DNA of 64,000 nt from an uncultured Curtobacterium sp. (GTDB taxonomy: Bacteria > Actinomycetota > Actinomycetes > Actinomycetales > Microbacteriaceae). The notes below the pieces were generated by a model, which saw only the letters and a list, made by a program, of their open reading frames with translations, did no database searches and had not been told where the DNA came from. The stretch lies in contig CAJYUW010000046.1 of the NCBI GenBank assembly GCA_913778205.1, forward strand, positions 51,830 through 115,829, read 5' to 3'. Shown piece by piece: positions 8,389 through 17,255 of this stretch. Position numbers and translations under genes: made by a program. Position 1 is the stretch's first letter; every line of letters starts with the position of its first letter.

Positions 8389-9141
8389 CTAGGCGAGGGC
8401 GGGCCGCCGACGACCGAAGCGGCGCTGGAAGCCCCATTGCGTGACGCGGACCATGGCCTCGACCACGATGCCGCCGCTCATCTTGGACACGCCGTACAGA
8501 CGGTCGCGGAACCGGATCGGGACCTCGACGATCCTGCCGCCCTGGGCGTCCACCCGGAGCGTCATGTCGACCTGGAAGCAGTAGCCCTTCGAGTCGATCG
8601 AGTCGAGGTCCATCGCCGCGATCGCCTCGGCCCGGTACACCCGGAACCCCGCCGTGACGTCGTGCACCCGGATGCCGAGCACCAGCCGCGCGTAGGTGTT
8701 CGCCCCGCGGCTGAGGACCTCGCGCCGGAGCGGCCAGTCCACCACCGAGCCGCCGCGGACCCAGCGGGATCCGATCGCGAGGAGCACGTCGTCGTCCGAC
8801 CGGACGGCGTCGACCATCGCCGGCAGACGGTCGGCCGGGTGGGAGCCGTCGGCGTCCATCTCGACCAGGAGCGGGTAGCCGCGCTCGAGACCCCACCGGA
8901 AGCCGGTGACGTAGGCGGTGCCGAGCCCGAGCTTGCCGGAGCGCTGCAGAAGGTGCACGCGGTCGTCCTCCGCGGCGAGCGAGCGGACGATGTCGCCGGT
9001 GCCGTCGGGGCTGCCGTCGTCGACGACGAGCACGTGCGCCTCGGGCACCGCGCCGAGCACGGCGTCGATGATCGTGCGGATGTTCTCCGCCTCGTCGTAC
9101 GTCGGGATGACGACGAGGGCGGCGGCGGCGTGCACGCTCAT
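8389..9141 (-). CDS. polyprenol-phosphate mannosyltransferase-like GT2 (DPM1/Ppm1 family)
   Basis: VVIPTYDEAENI...VLVVDDGSPDGTG...GLGTAY...EMDADGSH...DVTAGFRVYR...DSKGYCFQVDM gives a full-length DPM1-type signature. ATGA overlap with the upstream gene's stop. Confidence 0.85.
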   Translation of the reverse strand: MSVHAAAALVVIPTYDEAENIRTIIDAVLGAVPEAHVLVVDDGSPDGTGDIVRSLAAEDDRVHLLQRSGKLGLGTAYVTGFRWGLERGYPLLVEMDADGSHPADRLPAMVDAVRSDDDVLLAIGSRWVRGGSVVDWPLRREVLSRGANTYARLVLGIRVHDVTAGFRVYRAEAIAAMDLDSIDSKGYCFQVDMTLRVDAQGGRIVEVPIRFRDRLYGVSKMSGGIVVEAMVRVTQWGFQRRFGRRRPALA

Positions 9142-11627
9142 CGGTTCTGCAGCCGACGCTTGATCTTGCCGGCGACGCTCCGCGGCCCCTCGGTGCGGAA
9201 GTAGTGCACCGCCCGGCCGAGGTCGTACCGCACGCCGTACAGCTTCTTGCGGTCGGGGACCCGGACGCGCATCTCGTGCGCGGCCACGGTGCTGCCTGCG
9301 TCACGGACGGACTTGTCGGCGGCCCGGATCGGGTTGCGACAGAACTCGACGAGCGGGGCGAGGACGTTCTCCCACGTGAACTGCTCGCGCACGCGGTCGA
9401 CGTTGCCGATGAACTCCGCGCGGGCCTTCTTGTCGAAGAGCGCGGTCTCGAGGGCGTCCGCGAGCCCGGCGACGTCCTGCTCGTGCACCGCGATGCCGAG
9501 CCGTTCGGCGGCCACGAGGTCGCCGAAGGAGTCGCCCGCGGTCGTCACGATCGGCAGCCGCGCCCACAGGTAGTCGAGGATGCGGGTGCGGAACGAGAAC
9601 GTGGTCTCGAGGTGCTCGTAGTGCGTCGAGACGCCGGCGTCCGCCTCGAGCAGGTACGCGCCGCGCTCCTCGTAGGGGATCCACGTCTCGTTGAAGAAGA
9701 CGTTCTTGCCGGTGAGGCCGAGGGCCTCGGCCTCCGCACGGACCTTGGCGACGATGTCCATCTCCGGGACGTCGGGGTTCGGGTGCTGGACCCCCATGAA
9801 GAGGAGCTTCACGCTCGGCTTCCTCGCCGCCAGCTCGCCGATCGCCCGGACGAGCGTGATCGGGTCGAACCAGTCGTAGATGCCGCCGCCCCAGACGACG
9901 AGCTTGTCGTTCTTGCCGATCCCGGGGACGACGCCCTTGACCCGCTGCACGTCGTGCTCGGGCGGCGTCGACGACAGGCCGAACGGCACCACGCCGATGA
10001 GCGAGCGGAGGTCGGGGTCGCGCGAGTACGTGCGGGCGTTGACCCGGCCGGACCCGGCGAGCTGCCCGAGCCAGAACATGCGCTGGCGCTCGGACGCACA
10101 GATGAAGTAGTCGCCGAGCTCGAGCTGGTGGTTCAGCGTGTCCGACGCGTCGAGGACCTGACGGTTCCACTGGTCGACGTCGTCGCTGCGCCCCTGCTCG
10201 AGCTGCTCGAGGTGCAGCGGGTCGTAGACGTCCACGACGAGGATCTTGCGCGTCGACTCGAGCACCGGGAACAGGCGGAGCGCGTGGCCCTGCACGACGA
10301 TGACGTCGGCCCAGGCCTCGTGCTCGACCATCTGCCGGGGATGGCGGTGCGGGACGGTGACGACGTCGTACGCCGGGTCGATCTGCTCCGACCGGGTCAG
10401 GCTGACGACGCGGACGTCGTGCTCCTTGGCGAGCTCCTTCGCCATCCGCGTCGCACGGATCGCGGGGCCCGCCATCTTCTCGCCGATCGCGTCGCCCGTG
10501 ATGATGAGGACGCGACGGCGCGTGCCGACCTCGAGCACGCCGAGGGAGTGCACGATCTTGTCGTAGCCAGCGAGGTAGTTCTCGATCGGGTAGGCCGGTT
10601 CGTCGCGGTTGCCGAAGAGCCGGAGGAGCTCGCGGTCGCTGCGGACCCGGGTCGCCTGGATCTGACGGCGTGACTCGGTCATCGACGGGAGCTGCTCGAC
10701 GAACTGGTCGACGCCGTAGATGCCCGCCATGCTCGTCTTCGGCACCGGGATCGTGGGCACGCTGTCGTCGCCCGGGTTGCGGAGGTCGAGCTCGGTCGAG
10801 TCGAGCTCGCCGCGGCCGACGGCACGGCGGACCACGAGCGCCAGGGAGCCCGGCAGGGCGGCGGCGAGCTGCTCGTCGCCGAGGTTCTTGTAGAGCGTGA
10901 ACAGCGCGTTCCGCTCGAGCAGGTAGGTCTCGCGGAAGTCGCCGAACTTGTTCATCGACGCGTGGTGCTTGTGGAACGCCACGGACTTCGGCTGGTAGCG
11001 GAACCGCCAGCCGAGCAGGTTGAGCCGCCAGCCGAGGTCGACGTCCTCGTAGAACATGAAGTAGCGGTCGTCGAAGCCGCCGAGCTGCTCGAAGAGCTCC
11101 GCACGGATGAACATCGCCGCGCCGGTGCCGAACAGGACGTCGGTCTCGCTCTCCCAGCGGCCGGTGTCCGGCGACCCGGCGAACGGCTTGTAGCCCATGC
11201 CGTACCAGGTCATCGCCGCCTCGGTGAAGTCGACGTTGACGCCCTCCCAGTCGAGGACCTTCGACGCGACGGCGCCGATGTCGGCTCCGGATGCGAAGGT
11301 CGCCATCGCCTCGCGCACCCAGCCGGTGTCCGGACGTGCGTCGTTGTTGAGGAACGCGACGACCTCGCCGGAGGACTTCGACACGCCGAGGTTGCAGCCG
11401 CCCGTGAAGCCGAGGTTCGCACCGGCGTCGACGAGCGTGAAGTCGAGGTCCGACGCCTTGAGCCGACCGAGGTGCTCCGGCCCGGACCCGTTCTCGACGA
11501 CGATGACCTCGAGCCTGTCCTGCGGCCAGTCCTGCTTGCGGAGCTCCGCGATGCTGGTCAGGGTGTCGTCGGTGCCCTTGTAGTTGACCAGGACGACGGA
11601 GACGACTCCGGCCTTGCGATCGCTCAC
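9138..11627 (-). CDS. bifunctional glycosyltransferase: N-terminal GT2 (rhamnosyltransferase-like) fused to a C-terminal GT4/GT1 domain
   Basis: GTG 11627 preceded by GGAGGA. The N-terminal domain has VVSVVLVNYKGTDDT...VIVVENGSG...FTGGCNLG...FLNNDARP...FMFYEDVDLGWR. The C-terminal half has two GT-B Rossmann halves. The track ORF (1319 aa) extends upstream as shadow sequence. Confidence 0.8.
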   Translation of the reverse strand: MSDRKAGVVSVVLVNYKGTDDTLTSIAELRKQDWPQDRLEVIVVENGSGPEHLGRLKASDLDFTLVDAGANLGFTGGCNLGVSKSSGEVVAFLNNDARPDTGWVREAMATFASGADIGAVASKVLDWEGVNVDFTEAAMTWYGMGYKPFAGSPDTGRWESETDVLFGTGAAMFIRAELFEQLGGFDDRYFMFYEDVDLGWRLNLLGWRFRYQPKSVAFHKHHASMNKFGDFRETYLLERNALFTLYKNLGDEQLAAALPGSLALVVRRAVGRGELDSTELDLRNPGDDSVPTIPVPKTSMAGIYGVDQFVEQLPSMTESRRQIQATRVRSDRELLRLFGNRDEPAYPIENYLAGYDKIVHSLGVLEVGTRRRVLIITGDAIGEKMAGPAIRATRMAKELAKEHDVRVVSLTRSEQIDPAYDVVTVPHRHPRQMVEHEAWADVIVVQGHALRLFPVLESTRKILVVDVYDPLHLEQLEQGRSDDVDQWNRQVLDASDTLNHQLELGDYFICASERQRMFWLGQLAGSGRVNARTYSRDPDLRSLIGVVPFGLSSTPPEHDVQRVKGVVPGIGKNDKLVVWGGGIYDWFDPITLVRAIGELAARKPSVKLLFMGVQHPNPDVPEMDIVAKVRAEAEALGLTGKNVFFNETWIPYEERGAYLLEADAGVSTHYEHLETTFSFRTRILDYLWARLPIVTTAGDSFGDLVAAERLGIAVHEQDVAGLADALETALFDKKARAEFIGNVDRVREQFTWENVLAPLVEFCRNPIRAADKSVRDAGSTVAAHEMRVRVPDRKKLYGVRYDLGRAVHYFRTEGPRSVAGKIKRRLQNR

Positions 11628-11723
11628 GCGGTTCCTCCAGCTGCTCGCACGCGTGCTCGCGTGGTGGTCTCGGTGGCCGGGCGCACACGCGCCCGCGGCC
11701 GATGACACCCTACAAGGCGGAGC

Positions 11724-13055
11724 GTGCCCTTCGCCGTCGGCACCCTGGGCGTCGTGCAGAATGACACGATGCCGACGCACCAGATCCCCGCCGACCCCGC
11801 CCGCTCGCCGCTCGAGGCCGAGTACGCCGAGATCGCCGCCGGTGCACGCTCCGACGGTTCCCGCGGCACCGTGCGGTTCGCGGTGTCCACCGCCGACCTG
11901 GCCGAGGGCAAGGGCGACCTCTTCGTCGCGCTCGGCCTCGCACGGGCCCTGAACGCGGACGGCTGGGGCGTCGCCCTCTGGCCGTCCGAGCGGTGGTCGG
12001 AGCCGGTCCCCGAGGACACCGCCGTGCTGGTCAGCATGATCGAGTCGTTCGTCCCGGGGCTCGTCCCGACCGGCACCGCCCTCGTCGCCTGGGTGCGCAA
12101 CTGGACCGCGAAGTGGGCCGCGCTGCCGTACCTCGACGAGTTCGACTCGGTGTGGACGTCGTCGACGATCGCCCGCGACGCCGTCGCCGAGCACCGCACC
12201 GGCCCGGTCGAGGTCGTGCCGATCGCGGTGGACGACGACCTCTTCACGACGGTCGACGGCGCCCCGCGCTCGGACCGTGCTGTCACCACCGTGAACTTCT
12301 GGGGCGTCCGACGGCACGTGCAGGACGTGCTCGAGGCGGTGCGGCCGACCGAGCCGATCGTGTGGTTCGCCGCGAACGCCGACCACCTCGCCGCCTCCCC
12401 CTGCGTCGAGGTCCGCGACGCCGTCGCGTACTTCGCCCTGCCCGAGGTCTACCGGGCCGCGGCCTTCGTGGTCGACGACGTCATCGCACCCGCCGCCGCG
12501 TTCGGGACGCTGAACTCCCGCCTCTACGAGTCCCTCGCCGCCGGCGCGCTCCCGGTGACGGACTGCGGCCTCGGTCTCGACGAGCTCGGGCTGGCCGACG
12601 TGCCGGTGTACGAGGACGCCGCGTCGCTCGAGCAGGCGTTGTCGCTGCCCGAGGACCAGCGCGCCGCACTCGTCGAGCGGCTCCGGGCCGTCGTGCTCGA
12701 GCGGCACACCTTCCGCGCGCGCGCGGCGCAGGTCGGCCCCGGCCTCGACGGCGTCGTCGCCGCGGCCGGCGGCCGCACCGGCACGCGGTCCGCGATGCTC
12801 CGCTGGGCGACGGCGCTGCGCGAGGAGCTGCGCACCACCGCCGCGGAGCGCGACGTGCACCGCGCCGGGGTCGCGTCGATCAACGAGCGGCTCATCGCGT
12901 CCGAGACGGCGGCCGCCGACTTCGACCGGGCCCGCCGCACCGCGGAGGAGGAACGCGACGCCATCGCGCTGCGCTACGACGCCGTCACGCGGTCGTTCGA
13001 GTACCGCACGCTGCACGCGGCCACGCAGGCCGCGCGACGCGCGTTGCGTCGCTGA
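11724..13055 (+). CDS. CgeB-family-like glycosyltransferase domain protein with coiled-coil tail
   Basis: 443-aa ORF with GTG 11724 after AAGGCGGAG (alternative ATG at 11769). FGTLNSRLYESLAAGALPVTD resembles the Glyco_trans_1_2/CgeB C-terminal motif. The last ~90 aa are Ala/Arg/Glu-rich and helical. Confidence 0.6.
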   Translation: MPFAVGTLGVVQNDTMPTHQIPADPARSPLEAEYAEIAAGARSDGSRGTVRFAVSTADLAEGKGDLFVALGLARALNADGWGVALWPSERWSEPVPEDTAVLVSMIESFVPGLVPTGTALVAWVRNWTAKWAALPYLDEFDSVWTSSTIARDAVAEHRTGPVEVVPIAVDDDLFTTVDGAPRSDRAVTTVNFWGVRRHVQDVLEAVRPTEPIVWFAANADHLAASPCVEVRDAVAYFALPEVYRAAAFVVDDVIAPAAAFGTLNSRLYESLAAGALPVTDCGLGLDELGLADVPVYEDAASLEQALSLPEDQRAALVERLRAVVLERHTFRARAAQVGPGLDGVVAAAGGRTGTRSAMLRWATALREELRTTAAERDVHRAGVASINERLIASETAAADFDRARRTAEEERDAIALRYDAVTRSFEYRTLHAATQAARRALRR

Positions 13056-13064
13056 CGCGACCGG

Positions 13065-13112
13065 CTGACGGACGGGAGGCACGGTGCCGGCCGGCACCGT
13101 GCCTCCCGTCCG
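13065..13112. repeat. palindromic element family B, copy 1 (perfect 48-bp palindrome); bidirectional terminator-like
   Basis: gacggacgggaggcacggtgccgg|ccggcaccgtgcctcccgtccgtc. Lies between convergent stops at 13055 (+) and 13131 (-). No T-tract. Confidence 0.85.
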
Positions 13113-13130
13113 TCAGGGGCGTCCGCGCGC

Positions 13131-15563
13131 TCAGCGCACCGTGACGCTCCGGCAGACCGACGTGTTGGAACCGGCCCCCTGGTTGATCGCGTACGCGCAC
13201 ATCTGGACGGTGCTCCCGCTGGGCTGACCGCTCAGCACGGTGCTGAACGCGTGCGCGGTCCCGAACCCGGCGTAGGTCGCGCCGAGCGACTTCGTCTGGT
13301 CCGCCGCGACGTTCGCACGACCGACCCCGTCCACGTAGAGGTGCACGCGGATCGAGGACGCGGTGTCGGGGTCGATCGCCCAGCCGCGCACCTTGACCTG
13401 TCCGGCCGCCGGCGAGGACACCTCGTCGAGGAGCAGGGTCGGGCTGCCGGAGGCCGCGGCGACCGTCGAGCAGGCCTGCGCGTCCGAGCCGCCGCCGACG
13501 TTCTTCGCCACCGCGCACACGGTGTGCTTCCCGGGGCCGATGCCGACGAGCGTGGTCGCGTAGCCGTGCGCGTTCCCGTACCCGGGGTGCCCGTTGCCGA
13601 ACGCCGTGTCCACGACGTTCGCGGTGCCCGTGGCGACCTGGGTGCCGTCGACGGTGTACCGCATCGACAGCGACGCCGTCGTGTCCGGGTCGTACGCGGT
13701 GCCGGAGACCGTCACCTTGCCGAGGCCGGCGGACGCCGCGGCGTCGACCGTGACCTTCGGCGGGCCGGTCGGCGTCGAGAACGACTTGCAGATGCTCGCG
13801 TTCGACGACCCCGGGCCCTGGTTGACCGCGATGATGCACAGGTTGTGCGTGCCCGCCTTGACGTCCGTCTTCTCGAGTCGGTAGGCGTGCTGGTCGCCGA
13901 AGCCCGGCTTCGCCTTGTCCAGCCCGGCCTTGTACTGGTCCGCCCACGGCGACGCGATGCCCGCACCGTCGAGGTAGAACGCCATGCGCACCGGACCGGT
14001 GGTGTCCGGGTCGATCGCCCAGCCACGGACGAGGAGCTGACCGGGGGCCTTCGACGAGACCTCGTCCACGGCGAGCCACGGGTAGCCGGTGGGCTGCTGG
14101 ACCGACTTCGACGCCACCTGCACCCACTTGCCGGTCGACAGGTCCTCGGCGTGCACGGTCACGGTGTTCATCCCGGCGGGGAAGCCCTTCACCGAGCCGG
14201 AGTAGCCGTGGGCGTCGCCGTACCCGGGCTTGGCCGCGTCGAGGCCGCTCTTCCTCTGGTCCGCGTCCAGCGTCCCGAGCACCTTGCCCCCGACGCGGAC
14301 CTGCACCCGGGTCGCCGCGGCGGTGTCGCGATCGATCGCCCACCCGCGGATCGTCAGCGTCCCGGCGACGGCCGTCGCAGCGTCGATGACGCCCGTCGGA
14401 CTCCCACCGAGGACATTGACGTCCTTGCAGCCGAGCAGGACGTTCGAGCCGGGCCCGGTGTTGATGCCGTACACGCAGACGGTGTGCCCGCCGGACGCGA
14501 GCCCCGTGATGGTGGACGAGAACCCGTGCGCGGTGTTGTTCGCGCCGAGCTGCGAGGCCAGGTCCGAGCGCTGGACGTCGGCGGTGAGCGAGGCCTTGCC
14601 CACCCCGTCGACGTAGACGTTCGCGCGGATCGGGCCCGTCGTGTCCGGGTCGGCGGTCCAGCCGCGCAGGACGACGCGTCCGAAGCCGCCCGTGACCGCG
14701 TCGACGCTGCCGATCGGCGACGAGCCGCCCGTCGGCGAGCCGAACCAGTCGGTGTACATGCGCCAGAAGTTGCGGTTGCCGTAGGCGGAGCAGCCGTCAC
14801 CGGAGCCGTAGAGGTTGTTCATCGCGGCGGCGTTCGGGGTGTACGGCGTGTAGATGTACAGCCCGGCGGTCGCCTGGTTCTTGATGTAGACGGTCTTCCG
14901 TCCGCAGGACGCGCTCGGGTTGTAGAGGATCGAGTTGTTGCGGCCGGCCTGGTACGCCCACGAGGTCGGCGACGCCTGGTACCGCTTGAACTGGAGACCG
15001 GCCGCGTAGACCTGCTGCGCGAAGCCCCGGTAGGCGGGGTCGCACGGTGCGGTGTCCGGGCAGGCGAACCCCGTGGCGTGCTGGTACATGTAGTTCGTCG
15101 GACTCGAGGTCGCGACGATGCCCTGCTCCTTCTGGAGGAGGACGAGCAGCGCCTTCTGGCTGATGCCGCACGCGGAACCGACCTGCGCGATGATCGTCGC
15201 CGCCGACTTCGTGCCGCCGCTGATCGCCGAGCACCGTCCGGAGACGGCCCCGATCGTGCTGACGTTCTGCGTGAAGTCCTTGAGGCACTTCGGCCCGCCG
15301 GACGCCTGCCTGCAGTTCGGGGCGACGCTGTTCAGGAACGACTGCACGCCGGACGCCGACATCGCCGACCCGTCGTAGAAGTTCGCGTCGCTGATGATGT
15401 AGCCCGGGTCGAACGCGCTCGCGGTCGCGGCGGACGCGGTCTCGGTCGTGGCCTGCTCGGCGAGCACGGTGCCGAACGTGAGCCCGCTCACCGCCACCGC
15501 GAGCGCGGCGACCAGGGCGAGCGAGGTCCGCAGCGGACGTCGTCGGGGTCGGGTGGTCTGCAT
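13131..15563 (-). CDS. secreted 810-aa protein: Cys-rich N-terminal domain of unknown function plus five tandem ~100-aa RGWAxDPDT repeats
   Basis: ATG 15563 after GGAGG. Signal peptide is MQTTRPRRRPLRTSLALVAALAVAVSG. The N-terminal domain has ISQKALLVLLQKEQG...YTPYTPNAAA...YGNRNFW. Five repeats follow with RGW(A/T)xD(P/R)DT...VDG...HG(F/Y)...H(T/N)(V/L)C....N.G.G.N. Confidence 0.8.
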   Translation of the reverse strand: MQTTRPRRRPLRTSLALVAALAVAVSGLTFGTVLAEQATTETASAATASAFDPGYIISDANFYDGSAMSASGVQSFLNSVAPNCRQASGGPKCLKDFTQNVSTIGAVSGRCSAISGGTKSAATIIAQVGSACGISQKALLVLLQKEQGIVATSSPTNYMYQHATGFACPDTAPCDPAYRGFAQQVYAAGLQFKRYQASPTSWAYQAGRNNSILYNPSASCGRKTVYIKNQATAGLYIYTPYTPNAAAMNNLYGSGDGCSAYGNRNFWRMYTDWFGSPTGGSSPIGSVDAVTGGFGRVVLRGWTADPDTTGPIRANVYVDGVGKASLTADVQRSDLASQLGANNTAHGFSSTITGLASGGHTVCVYGINTGPGSNVLLGCKDVNVLGGSPTGVIDAATAVAGTLTIRGWAIDRDTAAATRVQVRVGGKVLGTLDADQRKSGLDAAKPGYGDAHGYSGSVKGFPAGMNTVTVHAEDLSTGKWVQVASKSVQQPTGYPWLAVDEVSSKAPGQLLVRGWAIDPDTTGPVRMAFYLDGAGIASPWADQYKAGLDKAKPGFGDQHAYRLEKTDVKAGTHNLCIIAVNQGPGSSNASICKSFSTPTGPPKVTVDAAASAGLGKVTVSGTAYDPDTTASLSMRYTVDGTQVATGTANVVDTAFGNGHPGYGNAHGYATTLVGIGPGKHTVCAVAKNVGGGSDAQACSTVAAASGSPTLLLDEVSSPAAGQVKVRGWAIDPDTASSIRVHLYVDGVGRANVAADQTKSLGATYAGFGTAHAFSTVLSGQPSGSTVQMCAYAINQGAGSNTSVCRSVTVR

Positions 15564-16147
15564 CACGGCACCTCCGCCGTCATCGGGTCGGACGTGGTCG
15601 ACTTCGACCCGACCGAGTACTGGAGCGTGATCGACCACGTGCCCGTGGACACCTGGGCTGCCGGGAACGACACCTGCGCGCAGTTGACCGCGCTCGGGCT
15701 GGCCTCGGCCGAACTCGTCGCGGTCCGGGTCGTGCCGCCCTTCCGCGCGACGAACGTGCACCTGCCGGAGGCGTCGGTCGTCCCGGAGACGAGCCCGCCC
15801 GCCTGCAGTGTCCGGCTCGCGGCGTCCCAGCCGGCGAACGTGACGAGGGCGGTCGCCGGGAAGTCGGCCGGGTCGGGATCCGGCTGGGCGGTCTGACCCG
15901 ACCCGGGGAAGGCACCGGGGGTGTCGTCGTCGGACGGCGTCCCCTCGGTCGGCGCGCTCGACGCGGGTCCGCTCGGCGTCGCTGCCGGGGCGGACGCGGG
16001 CGGCGTCGCCGATGCCGTTGCCGACCGCGAGGCCGAAGGAGACCGGGTGGGAGCGGGGTCGCCGTCGCCGGACGAGCACCCGGCCGCGAGGAGACTGAGC
16101 GCGCCGACCACCGCGAACGCAGCGATCGGCCGTGATGCGAAGGGCAT
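15563..16147 (-). CDS. lipoprotein, Pro/Ser/Ala-rich linker plus small beta-rich domain
   Basis: MPFASRPIAAFAVVGALSLLAAGCSS carries a lipobox (LAAGC). Its stop overlaps the ATG of the downstream 810-aa gene (TGATG), suggesting translational coupling. Confidence 0.7.
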   Translation of the reverse strand: MPFASRPIAAFAVVGALSLLAAGCSSGDGDPAPTRSPSASRSATASATPPASAPAATPSGPASSAPTEGTPSDDDTPGAFPGSGQTAQPDPDPADFPATALVTFAGWDAASRTLQAGGLVSGTTDASGRCTFVARKGGTTRTATSSAEASPSAVNCAQVSFPAAQVSTGTWSITLQYSVGSKSTTSDPMTAEVP

Positions 16148-16349
16148 GCTGACGGGCCGTCCTGTGGATGTTGACAAGGGTCCGGGTTGCGACAACGGTA
16201 ACCCCAAAGTGGAAGTTGAGGGTTGATATCCGCGATATTCACCCCCGCTCGGGGTGCACGACGGCTGTCGCACAGTCCGTCCTGCGCGGTCCGTCCCGCA
16301 GGCCCGCCGAGTATGCTGTCCCGGTCCTGCCCCACGAACGAAGAGACAC
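16148..16349. promoter_or_regulatory. divergent promoter/regulatory region between the lipoprotein operon and the wzm-wzt operon
   Basis: GC is visibly lower here. It contains TTGACA (16171), the direct repeat gatatc-cgc-gatatt (16225-16239) and a TATGCT -10-like hexamer at 16312, 32 nt before the ATG. No transcription data. Confidence 0.35.
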
Positions 16350-17252
16350 ATGGTCGATCAAGCCCGCATGGCCGCGCTCGCGAAGGAGCCCCTGGTCGTG
16401 GTCGGCGCACCGACGAGTGCCGTCCGCGGAACCTGGCGCGAACTGCGCGACGTCTTCCGGCAGCGCGAGATGCTCGGGATGCTCGTGCGCCGCGACCTCA
16501 AGGCGCGCTACAAGGACTCGGCGCTCGGCTTCGTCTGGACGCTCGTCCGGCCGCTGACCCAGCTCCTCATCTACTACTTCGTCATCGGCAAGGTGCTCGG
16601 CGCCGCCCACGGGATCGACAACTTCGCGATCTACGTCTTCACCGGCCTCGGCGCGTACACGCTCTTCAGCGAGATCGTCGCCGGCTCGACCGGGTCGATC
16701 GTCGGCAACTCGGGCCTCATCAAGAAGGTCTACGTCCCCCGCGAGGTCTTCCCGCTCGCGAGCGTCGGCGCCGCGCTGGTGAACTACGCGATCCAGTTCG
16801 TCATCCTGCTCGCCGCCACCCTGGTGCTCGGCGCGTTCCCGCTGCACGAGGGGCTCGTCTACCTCATCCCGTCGCTCGCCGTGATCGTCGTGTACGGCGC
16901 CGCGATCGGGCTCGTGCTCTCGGCGCTCAACGTGTACCTCCGCGACGTGCAGTTCGTCATCGACGTCGGACTCATGGTGCTGCTGTGGGGATCGCCGATC
17001 GTCTACTCGTACTCGATGGTGCTCAAGGAGCTGCACGTCCAGTGGCTCCTGACCGTCTACACGAACAACCCGCTCACGCTGTCCGTGCTCGGCATGCAGA
17101 ACGCCATCTGGCTGCACGACCCCGCGACGGTCGTCTACCCGAGCCACCTCATGGCCCGGCTCGGCATCGCCCTCGTGGTCGGCCTGTTCTGCCTCGTCGG
17201 TGCGCAGCGGATCTTCTCCCGCCTGCAGGGCAACTTCGCGCAGGAGCTCTAG
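16350..17252 (+). CDS. ABC-2 type polysaccharide/teichoic-acid export permease (Wzm/TagG-like)
   Basis: LVRRDLKARYKDSALGFVWTLVRPLTQLLIYYFVIG is the canonical ABC-2 N-terminal motif, followed by 6 TM helices. ATG 16350 taken inside track ORF 16254..17252. Confidence 0.85.
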   Translation: MVDQARMAALAKEPLVVVGAPTSAVRGTWRELRDVFRQREMLGMLVRRDLKARYKDSALGFVWTLVRPLTQLLIYYFVIGKVLGAAHGIDNFAIYVFTGLGAYTLFSEIVAGSTGSIVGNSGLIKKVYVPREVFPLASVGAALVNYAIQFVILLAATLVLGAFPLHEGLVYLIPSLAVIVVYGAAIGLVLSALNVYLRDVQFVIDVGLMVLLWGSPIVYSYSMVLKELHVQWLLTVYTNNPLTLSVLGMQNAIWLHDPATVVYPSHLMARLGIALVVGLFCLVGAQRIFSRLQGNFAQEL

Positions 17253-17255
17253 ACC

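Noticed and set aside
6190-9204. 1004-aa plus-strand ORF, and likewise 26137..29025 (-), 16239..18392 (-), 42832..46473 (+), 55242..57260 (-) and 58101..60284 (+)
   Set aside because: All are low-complexity Arg/Gly/Asp/His-rich translations that lie antisense to or out of frame with genes having strong family signatures. No domain motifs are recognisable.
11628-13097. N-terminal 490-aa extension of the GT2+GT4 ORF (the track gives 1319 aa)
   Set aside because: The extension is shadow-like and overlaps the well-formed divergent gene 11724..13055. An internal GTG at 11627 has a GGAGGA Shine-Dalgarno and begins exactly at the GT2 fold. The same logic trimmed ORFs 4565..8131, 641..2986, 16223..19516, 18934..20742, 30661..32007, 36301..37569, 44506..45870 and 50980..52557.
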